Part shown: one piece after another, positions 20,399 through 31,585 of the stretch | Layout of the letters: the number at the start of each line of letters is the position of its first letter | Position numbering within the stretch: position 1 is the stretch's first letter | Source of the DNA: Colwellia sp. | GTDB lineage: Bacteria; Pseudomonadota; Gammaproteobacteria; Enterobacterales; Alteromonadaceae | Assembly: GCA_046710905.1 (NCBI GenBank) | Contig: JBKEHN010000001.1 | Location: 4,930 to 68,929, forward strand | DNA: 64,000 nt | Direction: 5' to 3' | The notes under the pieces: generated by a model | The model's input: the letters and a program-made list of their open reading frames with translations, nothing else | Database searches by the model: none | Told to the model about the DNA's origin: nothing | Program-made: the position numbers and the translations under genes

Positions 20399-23218
20399 AT
20401 GACAACTCCTGCAACCTCTCAAGACTCTAATAACACGCAATCACCCTTAATATTGGTCGATGGTTCATCGTATTTATTTCGAGCCTATCACGTACCTTAT
20501 TTACAAGCTCTTTCAACCGCAGATGGTCAACCTACGGGGGCTATTACCGGCGTATTAAATATGTTTCGTAGTCTAAAAAAAGACTACCCCAATGGCAACA
20601 TAATCGCTATTTTTGATGCTAAAGGTAAAACCTTTCGTAATGACATGTTTCCGGAATATAAAGCCAATCGTCCACCAATGCCTGATGATTTACGTACTCA
20701 AATTGCACCAATACATGAAATTATTACCGCAATGGGTTTACCACTTTTAGTTATTCCTGGTGTTGAGGCCGATGATGTTATTGGTACATTGGCAAAACAA
20801 GCGGATGAGCTTGGTATTGAAACCGTTATTTCGACTGGCGATAAAGACATGGCGCAGCTTGTTACTCAGCATGTCCGTTTGATTAATACCATGACCGACG
20901 TTGAAATGGATGTTATTGGTGTTAGTGAGAAATTTGGTGTTCGACCTGATCAAATTATCGATTATCTTGCCTTGATGGGCGACAAAGTAGATAACATTCC
21001 AGGCGTTGTTAAGTGCGGCCCTAAAACGGCCGTTAAATGGTTAGCAGAACATGGCACCATGCAGGAAGTTATTGCCAATGCAGATAAAGTAAAAGGCAAA
21101 ATTGGTGAGAATCTTCGTGATGCATTAGAGCAGCTGCCATTGTCTTATCAATTAGCTACGATTAAATGTGATGTTGAATTAGAACAATCGGCTGGAGAAT
21201 TAGCCGCTAGTGCACCAGACGTAGACGCATTAGCCGAACTTTATCAAAAGTTCGAATTAAAACGTTTGTTAGCTGACTTACTTAAAGGTGATAGTGACGT
21301 TGGCGCAAGTACTAGCGGCGCAGCTAAAAAGACTAAAAAATCTAAAGTAGACTCTACAACTTCGGTAGGCGAGCAGGCTGTTGAAATTAAAACTGTGAAC
21401 GTTGAAGAGACTCAATACGATATTATTTTAGATAACGAACTTTTTGAACAATGGTTGAAAAAATTACAAGCATGCGAGTCTTTTGCTTTTGATACGGAAA
21501 CAACCAGTATTAGTTATATGAAAGCTGAAATAGTAGGGGTATCTTTTGCTATTGAAGTGGGTAAAGCGGCTTATGTGCCATTGACGCATGATTATGTTGA
21601 TGCACCAGAGCAACTCGATAAAGCCTGGGTTTTAGCGCAATTAAAACCACTACTCGAAAATAAAACCATTAAAAAGATTGGTCAAAATCTTAAATATGAT
21701 GCCAATGTACTCAGTCATTATGATATTGCTTTGCAAGGCATCGACTTTGATACCATGATCGAGTCTTATTGTTATAACAGTGTTGCTACGCGTCATAATA
21801 TGGATGCATTAGCACAGAAATATCTTGATTATCAAACCATACATTTTGAAGATGTAGCGGGAAAAGGCGCTAAACAGCTTACCTTTAACCAAATTGACAT
21901 TGAAAAAGCTGGTCATTATGCTGCGGAAGATGCCGATATTACCTTGCGATTACATCATGCTATTTTTCCTGCATTAGCAGAAAATACTTCAATGTTAAGT
22001 GTTTTCAATGAAATAGAGATGCCACTACTACCCGTGCTTGCCCGTATGGAGCAAACTGGTGTATTAATTGATAGTGATATCTTAGCTGAACAAAGCTTTA
22101 CCCTAGGCCAGCGTTTAGATGAACTGGAAATTGAAGCACATAATTTAGCAGGTAAAAGCTTTAACTTGGCATCACCGAAGCAATTACAGCAAATCCTTTT
22201 TGAAGAGTTACAAATCCCGATCATCAAAAAGACACCAAAAGGTGCACCTTCAACAGCAGAAGAAGTATTACAAGAGTTGGCACTTGACTACCCATTGCCC
22301 AAGGTTATTTTGGAGAATCGAGGACTAAGTAAATTAAAATCTACCTATACCGATAAGCTACCGTTAATGGTTAGTGATAAAACGGGGCGTTTACACACTT
22401 CTTATCATCAAGCGGTTACCGCTACGGGGCGTTTATCCTCGACCGATCCAAACTTACAAAACATCCCAATTCGTAGTGAGCAAGGTCGTAAAATTCGCCA
22501 AGCCTTTATTGCACCTAAAGATCATAAAATAGTTGCAATAGATTACTCACAAATTGAATTACGCATCATGGCGCATTTGTCGAACGATACCGGTTTAGTA
22601 ACTGCCTTTAGCCAAGGAAAAGATATTCATCGCGCGACGGCAGCAGAAATTTTTGCCGTTGAACTTGATGAAGTGACTACGGAGCAGCGCCGTAGTGCTA
22701 AAGCCATTAACTTTGGTTTGATTTATGGTATGTCAGCCTTTGGTTTAGCCAAGCAACTAAATATTGGTCGTCAGCAGGCACAAGAGTATCAAGACAAGTA
22801 TTTCCAGCGTTATCCGGGCGTATTAACTTATATGGAAGATACTCGCCAACAAGCCAGTGAGCAGGGTTATGTTGAAACCTTATATGGTCGCAGATTATAT
22901 CTACCTGATATTAATGCTAAAAATGGTATGCGTAAAAAAGCGGCTGAACGTGCTGCCATTAATGCACCCATGCAAGGTACCGCGGCAGATATTATTAAAA
23001 AGGCGATGTTAGCGGTAGACTCATGGTTACTTGAGCAAAATGATGACCGTATCAAAATGACCATGCAGGTTCACGATGAACTGATTTTTGAAATTCACCA
23101 AGATATTGTTGAAGAAACTACCGCGAAATTAGTGACCTTAATGAATGATGCCGTTGAGCTGAATGTACCATTAATTGCTGAATCAGGTATTGGTGATAAT
23201 TGGGATGAAGCGCATTAA
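20399..23218 (+). CDS. polA: DNA polymerase I
   Basis: LVDGSSYLFRAYH, FDTET, TGRLSSTDPNLQNIP, DYSQIELR, KAINFGLIYG, QVHDEL. Confidence 0.99.
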   Translation: MTTPATSQDSNNTQSPLILVDGSSYLFRAYHVPYLQALSTADGQPTGAITGVLNMFRSLKKDYPNGNIIAIFDAKGKTFRNDMFPEYKANRPPMPDDLRTQIAPIHEIITAMGLPLLVIPGVEADDVIGTLAKQADELGIETVISTGDKDMAQLVTQHVRLINTMTDVEMDVIGVSEKFGVRPDQIIDYLALMGDKVDNIPGVVKCGPKTAVKWLAEHGTMQEVIANADKVKGKIGENLRDALEQLPLSYQLATIKCDVELEQSAGELAASAPDVDALAELYQKFELKRLLADLLKGDSDVGASTSGAAKKTKKSKVDSTTSVGEQAVEIKTVNVEETQYDIILDNELFEQWLKKLQACESFAFDTETTSISYMKAEIVGVSFAIEVGKAAYVPLTHDYVDAPEQLDKAWVLAQLKPLLENKTIKKIGQNLKYDANVLSHYDIALQGIDFDTMIESYCYNSVATRHNMDALAQKYLDYQTIHFEDVAGKGAKQLTFNQIDIEKAGHYAAEDADITLRLHHAIFPALAENTSMLSVFNEIEMPLLPVLARMEQTGVLIDSDILAEQSFTLGQRLDELEIEAHNLAGKSFNLASPKQLQQILFEELQIPIIKKTPKGAPSTAEEVLQELALDYPLPKVILENRGLSKLKSTYTDKLPLMVSDKTGRLHTSYHQAVTATGRLSSTDPNLQNIPIRSEQGRKIRQAFIAPKDHKIVAIDYSQIELRIMAHLSNDTGLVTAFSQGKDIHRATAAEIFAVELDEVTTEQRRSAKAINFGLIYGMSAFGLAKQLNIGRQQAQEYQDKYFQRYPGVLTYMEDTRQQASEQGYVETLYGRRLYLPDINAKNGMRKKAAERAAINAPMQGTAADIIKKAMLAVDSWLLEQNDDRIKMTMQVHDELIFEIHQDIVEETTAKLVTLMNDAVELNVPLIAESGIGDNWDEAH

Positions 23219-23259
23219 ACGATAAACTATTTACTTTACATATCGCTTAATTAATAAAC

Positions 23260-23293
23260 AAAAAGGCAGTTACATAGGTAACAGCCTTTTTTA
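23260..23293. terminator. bidirectional intrinsic terminator after polA
   Basis: AAAAAGGCAGTTAC-ATAG-GTAACAGCCTTTTTT. Confidence 0.8.
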
Positions 23294-23341
23294 TGTTACC
23301 AATTATATTAAATGATGATTCATTTAATATAATTAAAAGTC

Positions 23342-24349
23342 TCACGTACAATCACTACCAACTTCGATAAATCTATTAGTTTCACCGCTTTGTTTAAACT
23401 CCAGTAGCGCTAAATTGATATCATCAAGCAGTTGATGATGATTGGGATAGCTATTACTAATTGCATAATACAAATGGTTATATTTTATAGCGGGTTCAAT
23501 TTTTTCAATACTATTGAGCAGTGCTTGTTTGTTGCGATTTGATAAGTTGGAATAATTAACACTGTAGGTGAATACACTTGGGTCACCAATAATTAAGTCG
23601 ACTCTTTTTGCTACCAGTAGTTTTACTAATTGTAATTCATCTACGGCTTCAATAACGTCGAATTGTTTTGCATCCATCATGGCATCAAACTCAGGGGTGT
23701 TTTGATAACCTCGAACAACACCAATGATCTTATCCTTTAAATTACCTAAATCCTGTTGTAAATTAAAGACGTAATCTTTACGTTTTAGTAAGGATAAATT
23801 ACCCCCAGAAAATTTATTTGAAAGAACTAATAATTCTCGACGTTTTTTGCCTAATACTGCATCAGAGGGGGCTGAACTTTCAATAAAGTACTCGGGAAAC
23901 AGTATGTCCATCTTCCCTTGCTCTACTAACATAACCGACCTTGCCCAAGGATAAAAGTGAATATTTACTTGGTAACCTTTACTGACTAATAGGGCAACGG
24001 TAAATTGAAAAACCCAGCCTTTATTACAGGCATATTCACTAATATAAGGAGGCCAGTTTGCTGTGGCTAAGTTAACGACTTTGTTAGAATCGCTATTAAA
24101 ACGATAACCATTAGGTGTTTTTATTGCTTGAATAGTCTGTCGTTGCGCATTGGCATAATAACTTACTGTGAATTCATCATTTGTCACTCCAGCTTTTGCT
24201 ACTGTGATCAAGCTGAAATAAGCTATTAAAATAAGTAGTAAAGTAATGCCTTGTATGACACTAAAAATGAAACCTAATACACTGTAAAGTTTATTAGGTT
24301 TAATTGAATAGGAACTTAAATTTTTTCGGGCTAAAAAGTAGAGTAACAT
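23342..24349 (-). CDS. periplasmic substrate-binding protein (family 3); start uncertain
   Basis: ANWPPY, PWARS, IGVVRGY and LLVAKRVDLII motifs. Confidence 0.75.
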   Translation of the reverse strand: MLLYFLARKNLSSYSIKPNKLYSVLGFIFSVIQGITLLLILIAYFSLITVAKAGVTNDEFTVSYYANAQRQTIQAIKTPNGYRFNSDSNKVVNLATANWPPYISEYACNKGWVFQFTVALLVSKGYQVNIHFYPWARSVMLVEQGKMDILFPEYFIESSAPSDAVLGKKRRELLVLSNKFSGGNLSLLKRKDYVFNLQQDLGNLKDKIIGVVRGYQNTPEFDAMMDAKQFDVIEAVDELQLVKLLVAKRVDLIIGDPSVFTYSVNYSNLSNRNKQALLNSIEKIEPAIKYNHLYYAISNSYPNHHQLLDDINLALLEFKQSGETNRFIEVGSDCT

Positions 24350-24440
24350 TAATTAATACTCGATCACTTAAGGCTAACTAAAGTAACCTTAAGTGTAGTT
24401 GTTTATGGTCAGTATTTCTTGGTAATATTTTTATTTTTTG

Positions 24441-25817
24441 TTAATACAACAAGAAAAACGTTACTGCGGCAACAACACAGGAAACGACAAAGCTCAATAG
24501 CGCACCTTCTATAACCATATCTTTAATTTCTATTTCGCCTGTACCATAAGCTATTGCATTAGGCGCTGTTGCTACGGGTAACATAAAAGCGCAACTGGCG
24601 GCCATAGCGGCGGGGATCATCAATATAGCAGGGTCAACGCCCATACTGGTGCCAACAACCGCGAGAATTGGCATTAACAGCGTTGCAGTCGCAGTATTAC
24701 TAGTGATTTCAGTAAGGTAAGTGACCACTAAGCAAAGTGTTAATACCATTGCGATCATAGGTAAGTTAGCCAGTGACGACAACCATTCGCCCAGCATACT
24801 GCTTAGTCCTGATGCGGCAAAACCTTTAGCTAAAGCGATACCACCAGCAAAGAGTAATAACATGCCCCAAGGTATTTCTTTGGCGGCATTCCAGTCAAGA
24901 ATACGACCACCTTTTCCGTTCGGTGTCATAAACATAATTACTACTGCAGCTAGTGCGACGGTGCTATCCCCAGCGCTAGGTGTATTAAAAAACTCACTCC
25001 AACCACCAAAAGGTGCGCCGCGAGTGATCCATGCAAACGCTGTTAAGCCAAATATAATTAAGGTACGCTTTTCTTCACTGCGCCATTTAGGTAATGTAGG
25101 TAATTTAATTTTTTCATCTAAGGTAACGGAACGTGTTAGCCACAACGCCATTAACGGAATGGAAATAAGTACTACCGGTACACCAATTTTCATCCATTCG
25201 AGAAAACCAAATTCTCTACCTGTTGTTTCTTCATAAATCCCCATAAAGATAACATTAGGTGGTGTGCCAATCGGCGTACCAATACCACCAACGGATGCTG
25301 AATAGGCGATACCAAGTATTAAGGCAACTTTAAGTTTTCTATTATTAACATGCGTTAAAATGGCTAAGGCAATAGGCAGCATTATCAAGGTCGATGCGGT
25401 ATTGGAAATCCACATACTTAACATAGCGGTTGCCAGCATAAAGCCGAAAACTAGACGTCTACCACTTGAAACACCCACCAGTCTTATCATGTAAACAGCC
25501 ATGCGCTCATGGGCACCACTTTTGACCAATGCCGTTGAGAGCATAAAGGCGCCCATCAATAATAAGATGACATGGCTACCTAATGAAGAGGCGACTACTT
25601 TGTGATCGACAATACCAAATAAAGGCAACAAAGCAAAAGGAACTAATGAGGTCGCTGGAATAGGAATAGCTTCAGTGACCCACCATATAACGGTGAGCAG
25701 GGTAACTCCCGCAGCGATGGCAGGTTTATCCGCTAAGCCAAAATGGCTCAGTAAAAAATAAAAGCTAAAAGCTAAAATCGGGCCTAAAAAGATAAAGTGA
25801 TGTCGGGTCATTTTCAT
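24441..25817 (-). CDS. SLC13/DASS family sodium:dicarboxylate/sulfate permease
   Basis: WWVTEAIPIPATSL, SMWISNTA, GTPIGTPPN, TEITSNTA, MLPVATAPNAI. Confidence 0.92.
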   Translation of the reverse strand: MKMTRHHFIFLGPILAFSFYFLLSHFGLADKPAIAAGVTLLTVIWWVTEAIPIPATSLVPFALLPLFGIVDHKVVASSLGSHVILLLMGAFMLSTALVKSGAHERMAVYMIRLVGVSSGRRLVFGFMLATAMLSMWISNTASTLIMLPIALAILTHVNNRKLKVALILGIAYSASVGGIGTPIGTPPNVIFMGIYEETTGREFGFLEWMKIGVPVVLISIPLMALWLTRSVTLDEKIKLPTLPKWRSEEKRTLIIFGLTAFAWITRGAPFGGWSEFFNTPSAGDSTVALAAVVIMFMTPNGKGGRILDWNAAKEIPWGMLLLFAGGIALAKGFAASGLSSMLGEWLSSLANLPMIAMVLTLCLVVTYLTEITSNTATATLLMPILAVVGTSMGVDPAILMIPAAMAASCAFMLPVATAPNAIAYGTGEIEIKDMVIEGALLSFVVSCVVAAVTFFLLY

Positions 25818-25926
25818 TATATTGCAAACTCTGTTGTTAGTAGCATACCTATCTGGTTGCTTTTATTATTTTAAACCTTGTTTTTTATTTTTTCTTCGCT
25901 TAGTTTTTCTGATTAAAGATTGTTTA

Positions 25927-28029
25927 TTAGGCGTTGGAGTAGCGCTCTTTATTGCCTAACCAACGTTGAATTAATGCTTGCGCACTTTCAGGATGCTGGC
26001 GAGATAATAGATAAGCCTTTTGTTTTATTTCAGGGATTAAATAACCATCGCGCAAAAGATCGGCAATTTTAAGATCAGCTAAACCTGTTTGTCTGGTACC
26101 AAGTAATTCACCTGGGCCTCTAATTTCAAGATCTTTTTCAGCAATAACAAAACCATCATTACTCTCACGTAATACCGCTAAACGTTTAGTGGCAGTTTTG
26201 GTTAAAGGTGCTTTATACAATAACACGCAAAAAGAGGCGACAGAGCCGCGACCAACACGACCACGTAATTGGTGTAATTGAGCTAATCCTAGGCGTTCAG
26301 GGTTCTCTATAACCATTAAACTAGAATTAGGCACATCGACACCCACCTCAATCACAGTAGTGGCAATCAGTAGGTGTAAATCACCAGATTTAAAGGCATC
26401 CATCACGGCCTGTTTTTCAATGGCCTTCATTCGGCCGTGCACTAAGCCAATATTTAATTCAGGTAATTGTTCTTGTAATAAAATCGCCGTATCTTCCGCT
26501 GCTTGGCATTGCAGTACTTCAGATTCTTCAATTAAGGTACATACCCAATACGCTTGTCTACCATCATTAACACAGCCTTGGCGAATACGTTCAATGACCT
26601 CTGCACGGCGTAAATCGGGTAAGGCGACTGTGTTGATTGGGGTACGACCGGGTGGCAGTTCATCAATAATAGAGGCATCTAAATCGGCATAAGCTGTCAT
26701 CGACAATGTTCGGGGAATAGGTGTTGCCGTCATGATTAATTGATGAGGGTATTTATTATTGAATACACCCTTTTCACGTAACGTGAGGCGTTGATGCACA
26801 CCAAATTTATGCTGCTCATCAATGATAACCAGTACCATGTTTTTAAATACTACGTCGGCTTGAAATAAAGCATGGGTGCCGATCACCATTTGCATTTCGC
26901 CACTGGCAATTTGTTCTAGCGCGAGTCTTTTTGCTTTTACTTTAGTTTTTCCAGCTAACCAACCAACGCTAATATCAAGGGGGGTAAACCAGTTAGCAAA
27001 GTTAATAGCGTGTTGCTCTGCCAATATCTCAGTAGGAGCCATTAAAGCGACTTGATAACCCTCACTAATAGCGGTTAATGCGGCAAGGGCTGCTACTAAA
27101 GTTTTTCCTGAGCCGACGTCACCCTGTACTAAACGCATCATAGGTTGGGTTTTAGCTAAGTCGGTTTTTATTTCATTTACTACGCGAGTTTGTGCATTGG
27201 TTGGGGTAAAGGGTAATGCCTTAAGAAATTTTTTACTCACTTTGTCATCACCAACGAGAGGTAGCGCATCATGAACATCACTATTTTGTCTAAGCTTAAG
27301 CATACTTAAGTTATGAGCAAGTAACTCTTCTTTAATTAATCGTTGCTGAGCAGGGTGGCGACCTTGCTCTAATTGCTCCACTGAAACCTCTGGTGGCGGA
27401 CGATGTATAATCGTTAAGGCTTCACTGAGGGAGTACTGCTCGGTAAAAAGGTTAGTAGGTAATAACTCTTCTACTTGCCCTCGCTGTAATCGAAGCAAGG
27501 CTTGTTCAGTTAAGCTGCGTAGCGAAATTTGTCTGAGACCATCAGTACTGGGATAAACAGGCGTTAAGGTTTCTTCAACAGAAGTTAATTCTCTATCGTC
27601 ATCCAGAGACTTATATTCAGGATGGACTATTTGATAGCTACGCGGACCACGCTTTACTTCACCATAACAACGAATAGTTTTACCAATCGCTAAACTATTT
27701 TTTTGACTCGCGGAAAAACTGAAAAAGCACAGTTGAATACTACCAGTACCATCATCTAGGGTAACCACCAGCATACGACGTTTACCGTGCGTTATTTGGC
27801 TATCGGTAATTTCGCCAATAATATTGGTGGAGGTACCGACTAATAAATTACGTACTGTAGTGACACGGGTTTTATCTTCATAGCGCAGCGGTAAATGAAA
27901 AAGCATGTCTTGCACGGTTAGCAAGCCAATTTTTTCAAGTTTTTCCGATAAACTAGGCCCGACACCTTTGAGTGTACTCAGCGGGACTTGTGATAATCGG
28001 CTTAGTGCTTCTAGTGCCATAGTTAACAT
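25927..28029 (-). CDS. recG: ATP-dependent DNA helicase RecG
   Basis: QGDVGSGKT, DEQH, MTATPIPRTL, QLHQLRGRVGRG. Confidence 0.98.
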   Translation of the reverse strand: MLTMALEALSRLSQVPLSTLKGVGPSLSEKLEKIGLLTVQDMLFHLPLRYEDKTRVTTVRNLLVGTSTNIIGEITDSQITHGKRRMLVVTLDDGTGSIQLCFFSFSASQKNSLAIGKTIRCYGEVKRGPRSYQIVHPEYKSLDDDRELTSVEETLTPVYPSTDGLRQISLRSLTEQALLRLQRGQVEELLPTNLFTEQYSLSEALTIIHRPPPEVSVEQLEQGRHPAQQRLIKEELLAHNLSMLKLRQNSDVHDALPLVGDDKVSKKFLKALPFTPTNAQTRVVNEIKTDLAKTQPMMRLVQGDVGSGKTLVAALAALTAISEGYQVALMAPTEILAEQHAINFANWFTPLDISVGWLAGKTKVKAKRLALEQIASGEMQMVIGTHALFQADVVFKNMVLVIIDEQHKFGVHQRLTLREKGVFNNKYPHQLIMTATPIPRTLSMTAYADLDASIIDELPPGRTPINTVALPDLRRAEVIERIRQGCVNDGRQAYWVCTLIEESEVLQCQAAEDTAILLQEQLPELNIGLVHGRMKAIEKQAVMDAFKSGDLHLLIATTVIEVGVDVPNSSLMVIENPERLGLAQLHQLRGRVGRGSVASFCVLLYKAPLTKTATKRLAVLRESNDGFVIAEKDLEIRGPGELLGTRQTGLADLKIADLLRDGYLIPEIKQKAYLLSRQHPESAQALIQRWLGNKERYSNA

Positions 28030-28060
28030 TACCTCGGCTTAAAACTTATTATCAATAGTA

Positions 28061-28768
28061 CTAGTCATCGATATGTTGCCAAGCTTTTTTGTTCATTTGC
28101 ATTTTTTGCCACCATTTTTCATCCGCGACAATTTGACCTTCGTCATTAATCTCAGGATAAGGTAAGCCCTTACGCTGACAAGCTTCGGCAAAGATAGGGT
28201 GACCACCTTCAAATAAAGTACGTTGACGGCGCTCATTGCTTAAGAGGGGTTTATCATACATGCCAGCGGCTTCGCGCTGGCGTTGAGCTTCGTATAAAAC
28301 AACTGAGCAAGCAACAGAAACATTTAATGATTGCACCATGCCCACCATAGGAATAACAATATGATGATCCGCTAGCTCAAGTGCTTCTTTTGAGGTGCCA
28401 AACTTCTCTTGGCCTAAAATAATGGCGGTGGGCTTGGTATAATCAATTTCGGTAAAATTAACCGCTGTATCAGACAAGTTGGTAACCAATACCTGCATGC
28501 CCTGTGCTTTTAACGCAGCAATGGCATCGGCTGTTTTATGGTAATTATGGACCTCAATCCAATTTTGGCTACCCGCGGCACTACCACCGCGTACTTCTGC
28601 CTCTTCACTCTTCCATACCGCATGAACATCGCTAATACCAATAGCATCACAAGTACGTACTACGGCGGCTAAGTTATGAGATTTGTGTAGGCCTTCCATG
28701 CAAACCGTTAAATCAGGTTGGCGTTTATCTAACATGGTATTAATACGCTTTAATCTTTCTGGAGTCAT
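28061..28768 (-). CDS. trmH: tRNA (guanosine(18)-2'-O)-methyltransferase
   Basis: RQPDLTV, HNLAAVVRTCDA, IPMVGMVQSLNVSVA; spoT-recG context. Confidence 0.96.
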   Translation of the reverse strand: MTPERLKRINTMLDKRQPDLTVCMEGLHKSHNLAAVVRTCDAIGISDVHAVWKSEEAEVRGGSAAGSQNWIEVHNYHKTADAIAALKAQGMQVLVTNLSDTAVNFTEIDYTKPTAIILGQEKFGTSKEALELADHHIVIPMVGMVQSLNVSVACSVVLYEAQRQREAAGMYDKPLLSNERRQRTLFEGGHPIFAEACQRKGLPYPEINDEGQIVADEKWWQKMQMNKKAWQHIDD

Positions 28769-28863
28769 TGTTATTTAATCTTTTAAATAATTATATCTCA
28801 GCTCTTTATCAAAGCTCGAGTACAGCTGGTAATAGGCAAAAGTAATGCGATTTAAACAAAGCC

Positions 28864-28922
28864 GTCAAGCTATTAATTTAGGGAGCTTATATCTATAAGT
28901 GACTTAAATAAATAGCGCTGAC
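28864..28922. repeat. hairpin carrying an ERIC/IRU central core
   Basis: GGAGCTTATATCTATAAGTGACT (28882-28904) resembles the ERIC core GGAGCTTACAT..GTAAGTGACT, inside an imperfect inverted repeat. Confidence 0.6.
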
Positions 28923-28955
28923 AATGCAGGTTAAATGGTATTAATGAAGCCTATT

Positions 28956-29345
28956 TTAGTTAACGCTAGGAAGTTCCATGATACCATCAATTTCAATGTC
29001 TACATCTTTAGGCAATCTTGATACTTGTACCGCAGCTCTGGCTGGATAAGGTTGGCTAAAGTAACGACTCATAATTTCGTTAACCGTGGCAAAGTTACTT
29101 AAATCTGTTAAGAAAATATTGACTTTAACCATATCGTTAATTTCACCACCGGCTGCTTCACATACTGCAACGATGTTTTTAAAGACTTGTTCTGCTTGTT
29201 CAGTAAAGCCTCCATCAATTACCGTCATTGTTTCAGCAACCAATGGGATTTGGCCAGATAAATATACCGTATTGTTTACTTTTACTGCTTGGCTGTAAGT
29301 ACCAATAGCGCTTGGCGCTTTGTCTGTACTGATAATACTTTTCAT
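28956..29345 (-). CDS. RidA/YjgF family enamine-imine deaminase
   Basis: APSAIGTYSQA, SGQIP, YPARAAV, LPKDVDIEI. Confidence 0.93.
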   Translation of the reverse strand: MKSIISTDKAPSAIGTYSQAVKVNNTVYLSGQIPLVAETMTVIDGGFTEQAEQVFKNIVAVCEAAGGEINDMVKVNIFLTDLSNFATVNEIMSRYFSQPYPARAAVQVSRLPKDVDIEIDGIMELPSVN

Positions 29346-29390
29346 AATCGTTCCTTTAGTAGCCGTCTTTGGTAACTACCCATGTTTGTT

Positions 29391-31499
29391 TTATTTATTT
29401 CGAATGACGCGTTGCACATCAATCATTACTTTAATTTTTCTAATTATATCAGCTAAATGAATACGGTCGCGACAGGTTATCTCCATATCAATTACGTATA
29501 AACCAGCTTCTTTTTCACCAGAATTTAAACTGTGAACATTAGAGACACATTTTGCTACGACATTAGTTAATAATGCCAATGCACCTTGGTGGTTCACAAT
29601 TTCTACCCGTAATTTTGCAATAAACTCTTTATCAATATCACTGTCCCATTTGACGGGGAATAAGCTACCTTGATCATGGCCTTTAATATTGCGACAACCT
29701 TGTTGATGCACCATTAAACCTTTACCAGGGCTTAAGTAAGCTAAAATAGCATCGCCTGGGATAGGACGACAACATTTACCGTAACTGACTAACATACCTT
29801 CGGTACCTCTTATCGGCATTTTACTCTTAGTACCTGTGGTAATTAAGTCGCTATCTTCGGTAAAACCATCAGTAAGTTGTCTAGCGATACCGATACTTAG
29901 CGCATTACCTAAACCTATGTTGGTTAGTAATTCATCAAACGTATCATTACCACTTTGTTGAACGACTTCATCAATTTTTTCTTGTGCTAAATCTTCAAGT
30001 TTGGTTTTACCCAAGGCGTGGCTTAATAAGCGCATACCTAAGGCATGGGACTCAGTTTTTTCACAACTTCTTAAGTAAGTCCTAATTTGTAAACGTGCCT
30101 TAGCCGTTACAACAAAGTTTAGCCAAGTTGCATTAGGGCGAGCTGTTTTTGATGTAATAACTTCTATGGTTTGCCCTGAATCTATGGGTTGGCTCATAGG
30201 ATAAGGTTTACGGTCTACTTTAACACCGACACAAGAATTACCAACATCGGTGTGCACAGCATAAGCAAAATCGATTGCGGTTGCCCCCATTGGCAGCTCA
30301 ATAATACGCCCATCAGGGGTAAAGACATAAATTTCTTCAGGAAATAAGTCAGACTTAACGTTTTCAATAAATTCAAAAGAGCTACCTGCACTTTGCTGCA
30401 GCTCCAATAAACTTTGCATCCAACGACGGGCTTTCATTTGCGCTGTTGTACCCGTGTTATTGCCGTCTTGTTTGTATAACCAATGAGCGGCCACACCCAT
30501 ATCAGCCATTTTATCCATATCCTGGGTACGAATTTGAATTTCGACGGGAATGCCATGCGGACCAATTAATGAGGTATGCAGTGATTGATAACCGTTAGTT
30601 TTAGGAATTGCGATGTAATCTTTAAAACGGGTTTCAATCGGTTTGAATAAATTGTGCATAGCACCTAAAGCGCGATAGCAGTTATCAATTTTCTCTGTAA
30701 CAATGACGCGAAAGGCATAAATATCCATCACTTCATTGAACATTAATTCTTTATTAAGCATTTTACGGTAAATGGAGTAGAGGTGCTTTTCTCTACCAAG
30801 AATTTGCGCATCAATTCCACTTTCTTGTAGACGTGATGCAATTTCTTTTTCAATATTATCAATAATTGCTTTACGGTTACCACGGGCACTTTTTACTGCT
30901 GATTTTAGAGCGCGTGATCGCATAGGATAAAGCGCTTCAAAGCCCAAGCGTTCTAATTCATTTTTTATATCATGAATACCTAAGCGGTTTGCTATTGGTG
31001 CATAAATTTCTAGGGTTTCTCGGGCAATACGACGACGTTTATCTGGTCGTAACGAACCAAGGGTACGCATATTATGAGTACGATCGGCAAGTTTGATTAA
31101 AATAACACGGATATCTTGTACCATGGCAAGTACCATTTTACGGAAGTTTTCCGCTTGCATCTCTTCTTTATTATTAAATTTAAGCTTATCGAGTTTACTA
31201 ACGCCTTCAACAAGTTCAGCCACAGTATGGCCAAAAAGTTCAGCTAATTCATCTTTAGTAACGTCAGTATCTTCAATAACATCGTGTAATAAAGCGGCCA
31301 TGAGCGTTTCATGGTCTAAGTGCATTTGAGCTAAATTAATCGCTACGGCAACGGGATGAGTTATATAAGGATCACCACTAGAGCGCATTTGGCCATCATG
31401 GGCATCACGCGCGACAATATAGGCGTGCTTTAACAAATCAATTTGTACTTTTGATAGGTAAGTAGAACTAAGTTCTTTTAAAGGTTCAAATAGGTACAC
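29391..31499 (-). CDS. spoT: bifunctional (p)ppGpp synthetase/hydrolase
   Basis: HDGQMRSSGDPYITHP, intact HD motif (LLHDVIED), KLADRTHNMRTL, TGS and ACT domains; downstream of rpoZ. Confidence 0.98.
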   Translation of the reverse strand: MYLFEPLKELSSTYLSKVQIDLLKHAYIVARDAHDGQMRSSGDPYITHPVAVAINLAQMHLDHETLMAALLHDVIEDTDVTKDELAELFGHTVAELVEGVSKLDKLKFNNKEEMQAENFRKMVLAMVQDIRVILIKLADRTHNMRTLGSLRPDKRRRIARETLEIYAPIANRLGIHDIKNELERLGFEALYPMRSRALKSAVKSARGNRKAIIDNIEKEIASRLQESGIDAQILGREKHLYSIYRKMLNKELMFNEVMDIYAFRVIVTEKIDNCYRALGAMHNLFKPIETRFKDYIAIPKTNGYQSLHTSLIGPHGIPVEIQIRTQDMDKMADMGVAAHWLYKQDGNNTGTTAQMKARRWMQSLLELQQSAGSSFEFIENVKSDLFPEEIYVFTPDGRIIELPMGATAIDFAYAVHTDVGNSCVGVKVDRKPYPMSQPIDSGQTIEVITSKTARPNATWLNFVVTAKARLQIRTYLRSCEKTESHALGMRLLSHALGKTKLEDLAQEKIDEVVQQSGNDTFDELLTNIGLGNALSIGIARQLTDGFTEDSDLITTGTKSKMPIRGTEGMLVSYGKCCRPIPGDAILAYLSPGKGLMVHQQGCRNIKGHDQGSLFPVKWDSDIDKEFIAKLRVEIVNHQGALALLTNVVAKCVSNVHSLNSGEKEAGLYVIDMEITCRDRIHLADIIRKIKVMIDVQRVIRNK

Positions 31500-31585
31500 C
31501 TAATACTCCAAATTGGGGCTGAATGGGGTATATACCCTAGTAATCACAGCATACGCGGCAATACGCTCTGTTTACAAGGAATAAT

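Noticed and set aside
23219-23341. Spot 42 (spf) expected downstream of polA
   Set aside because: No GTAGGGTACAGAGGTAAG-like sequence; only a terminator is present
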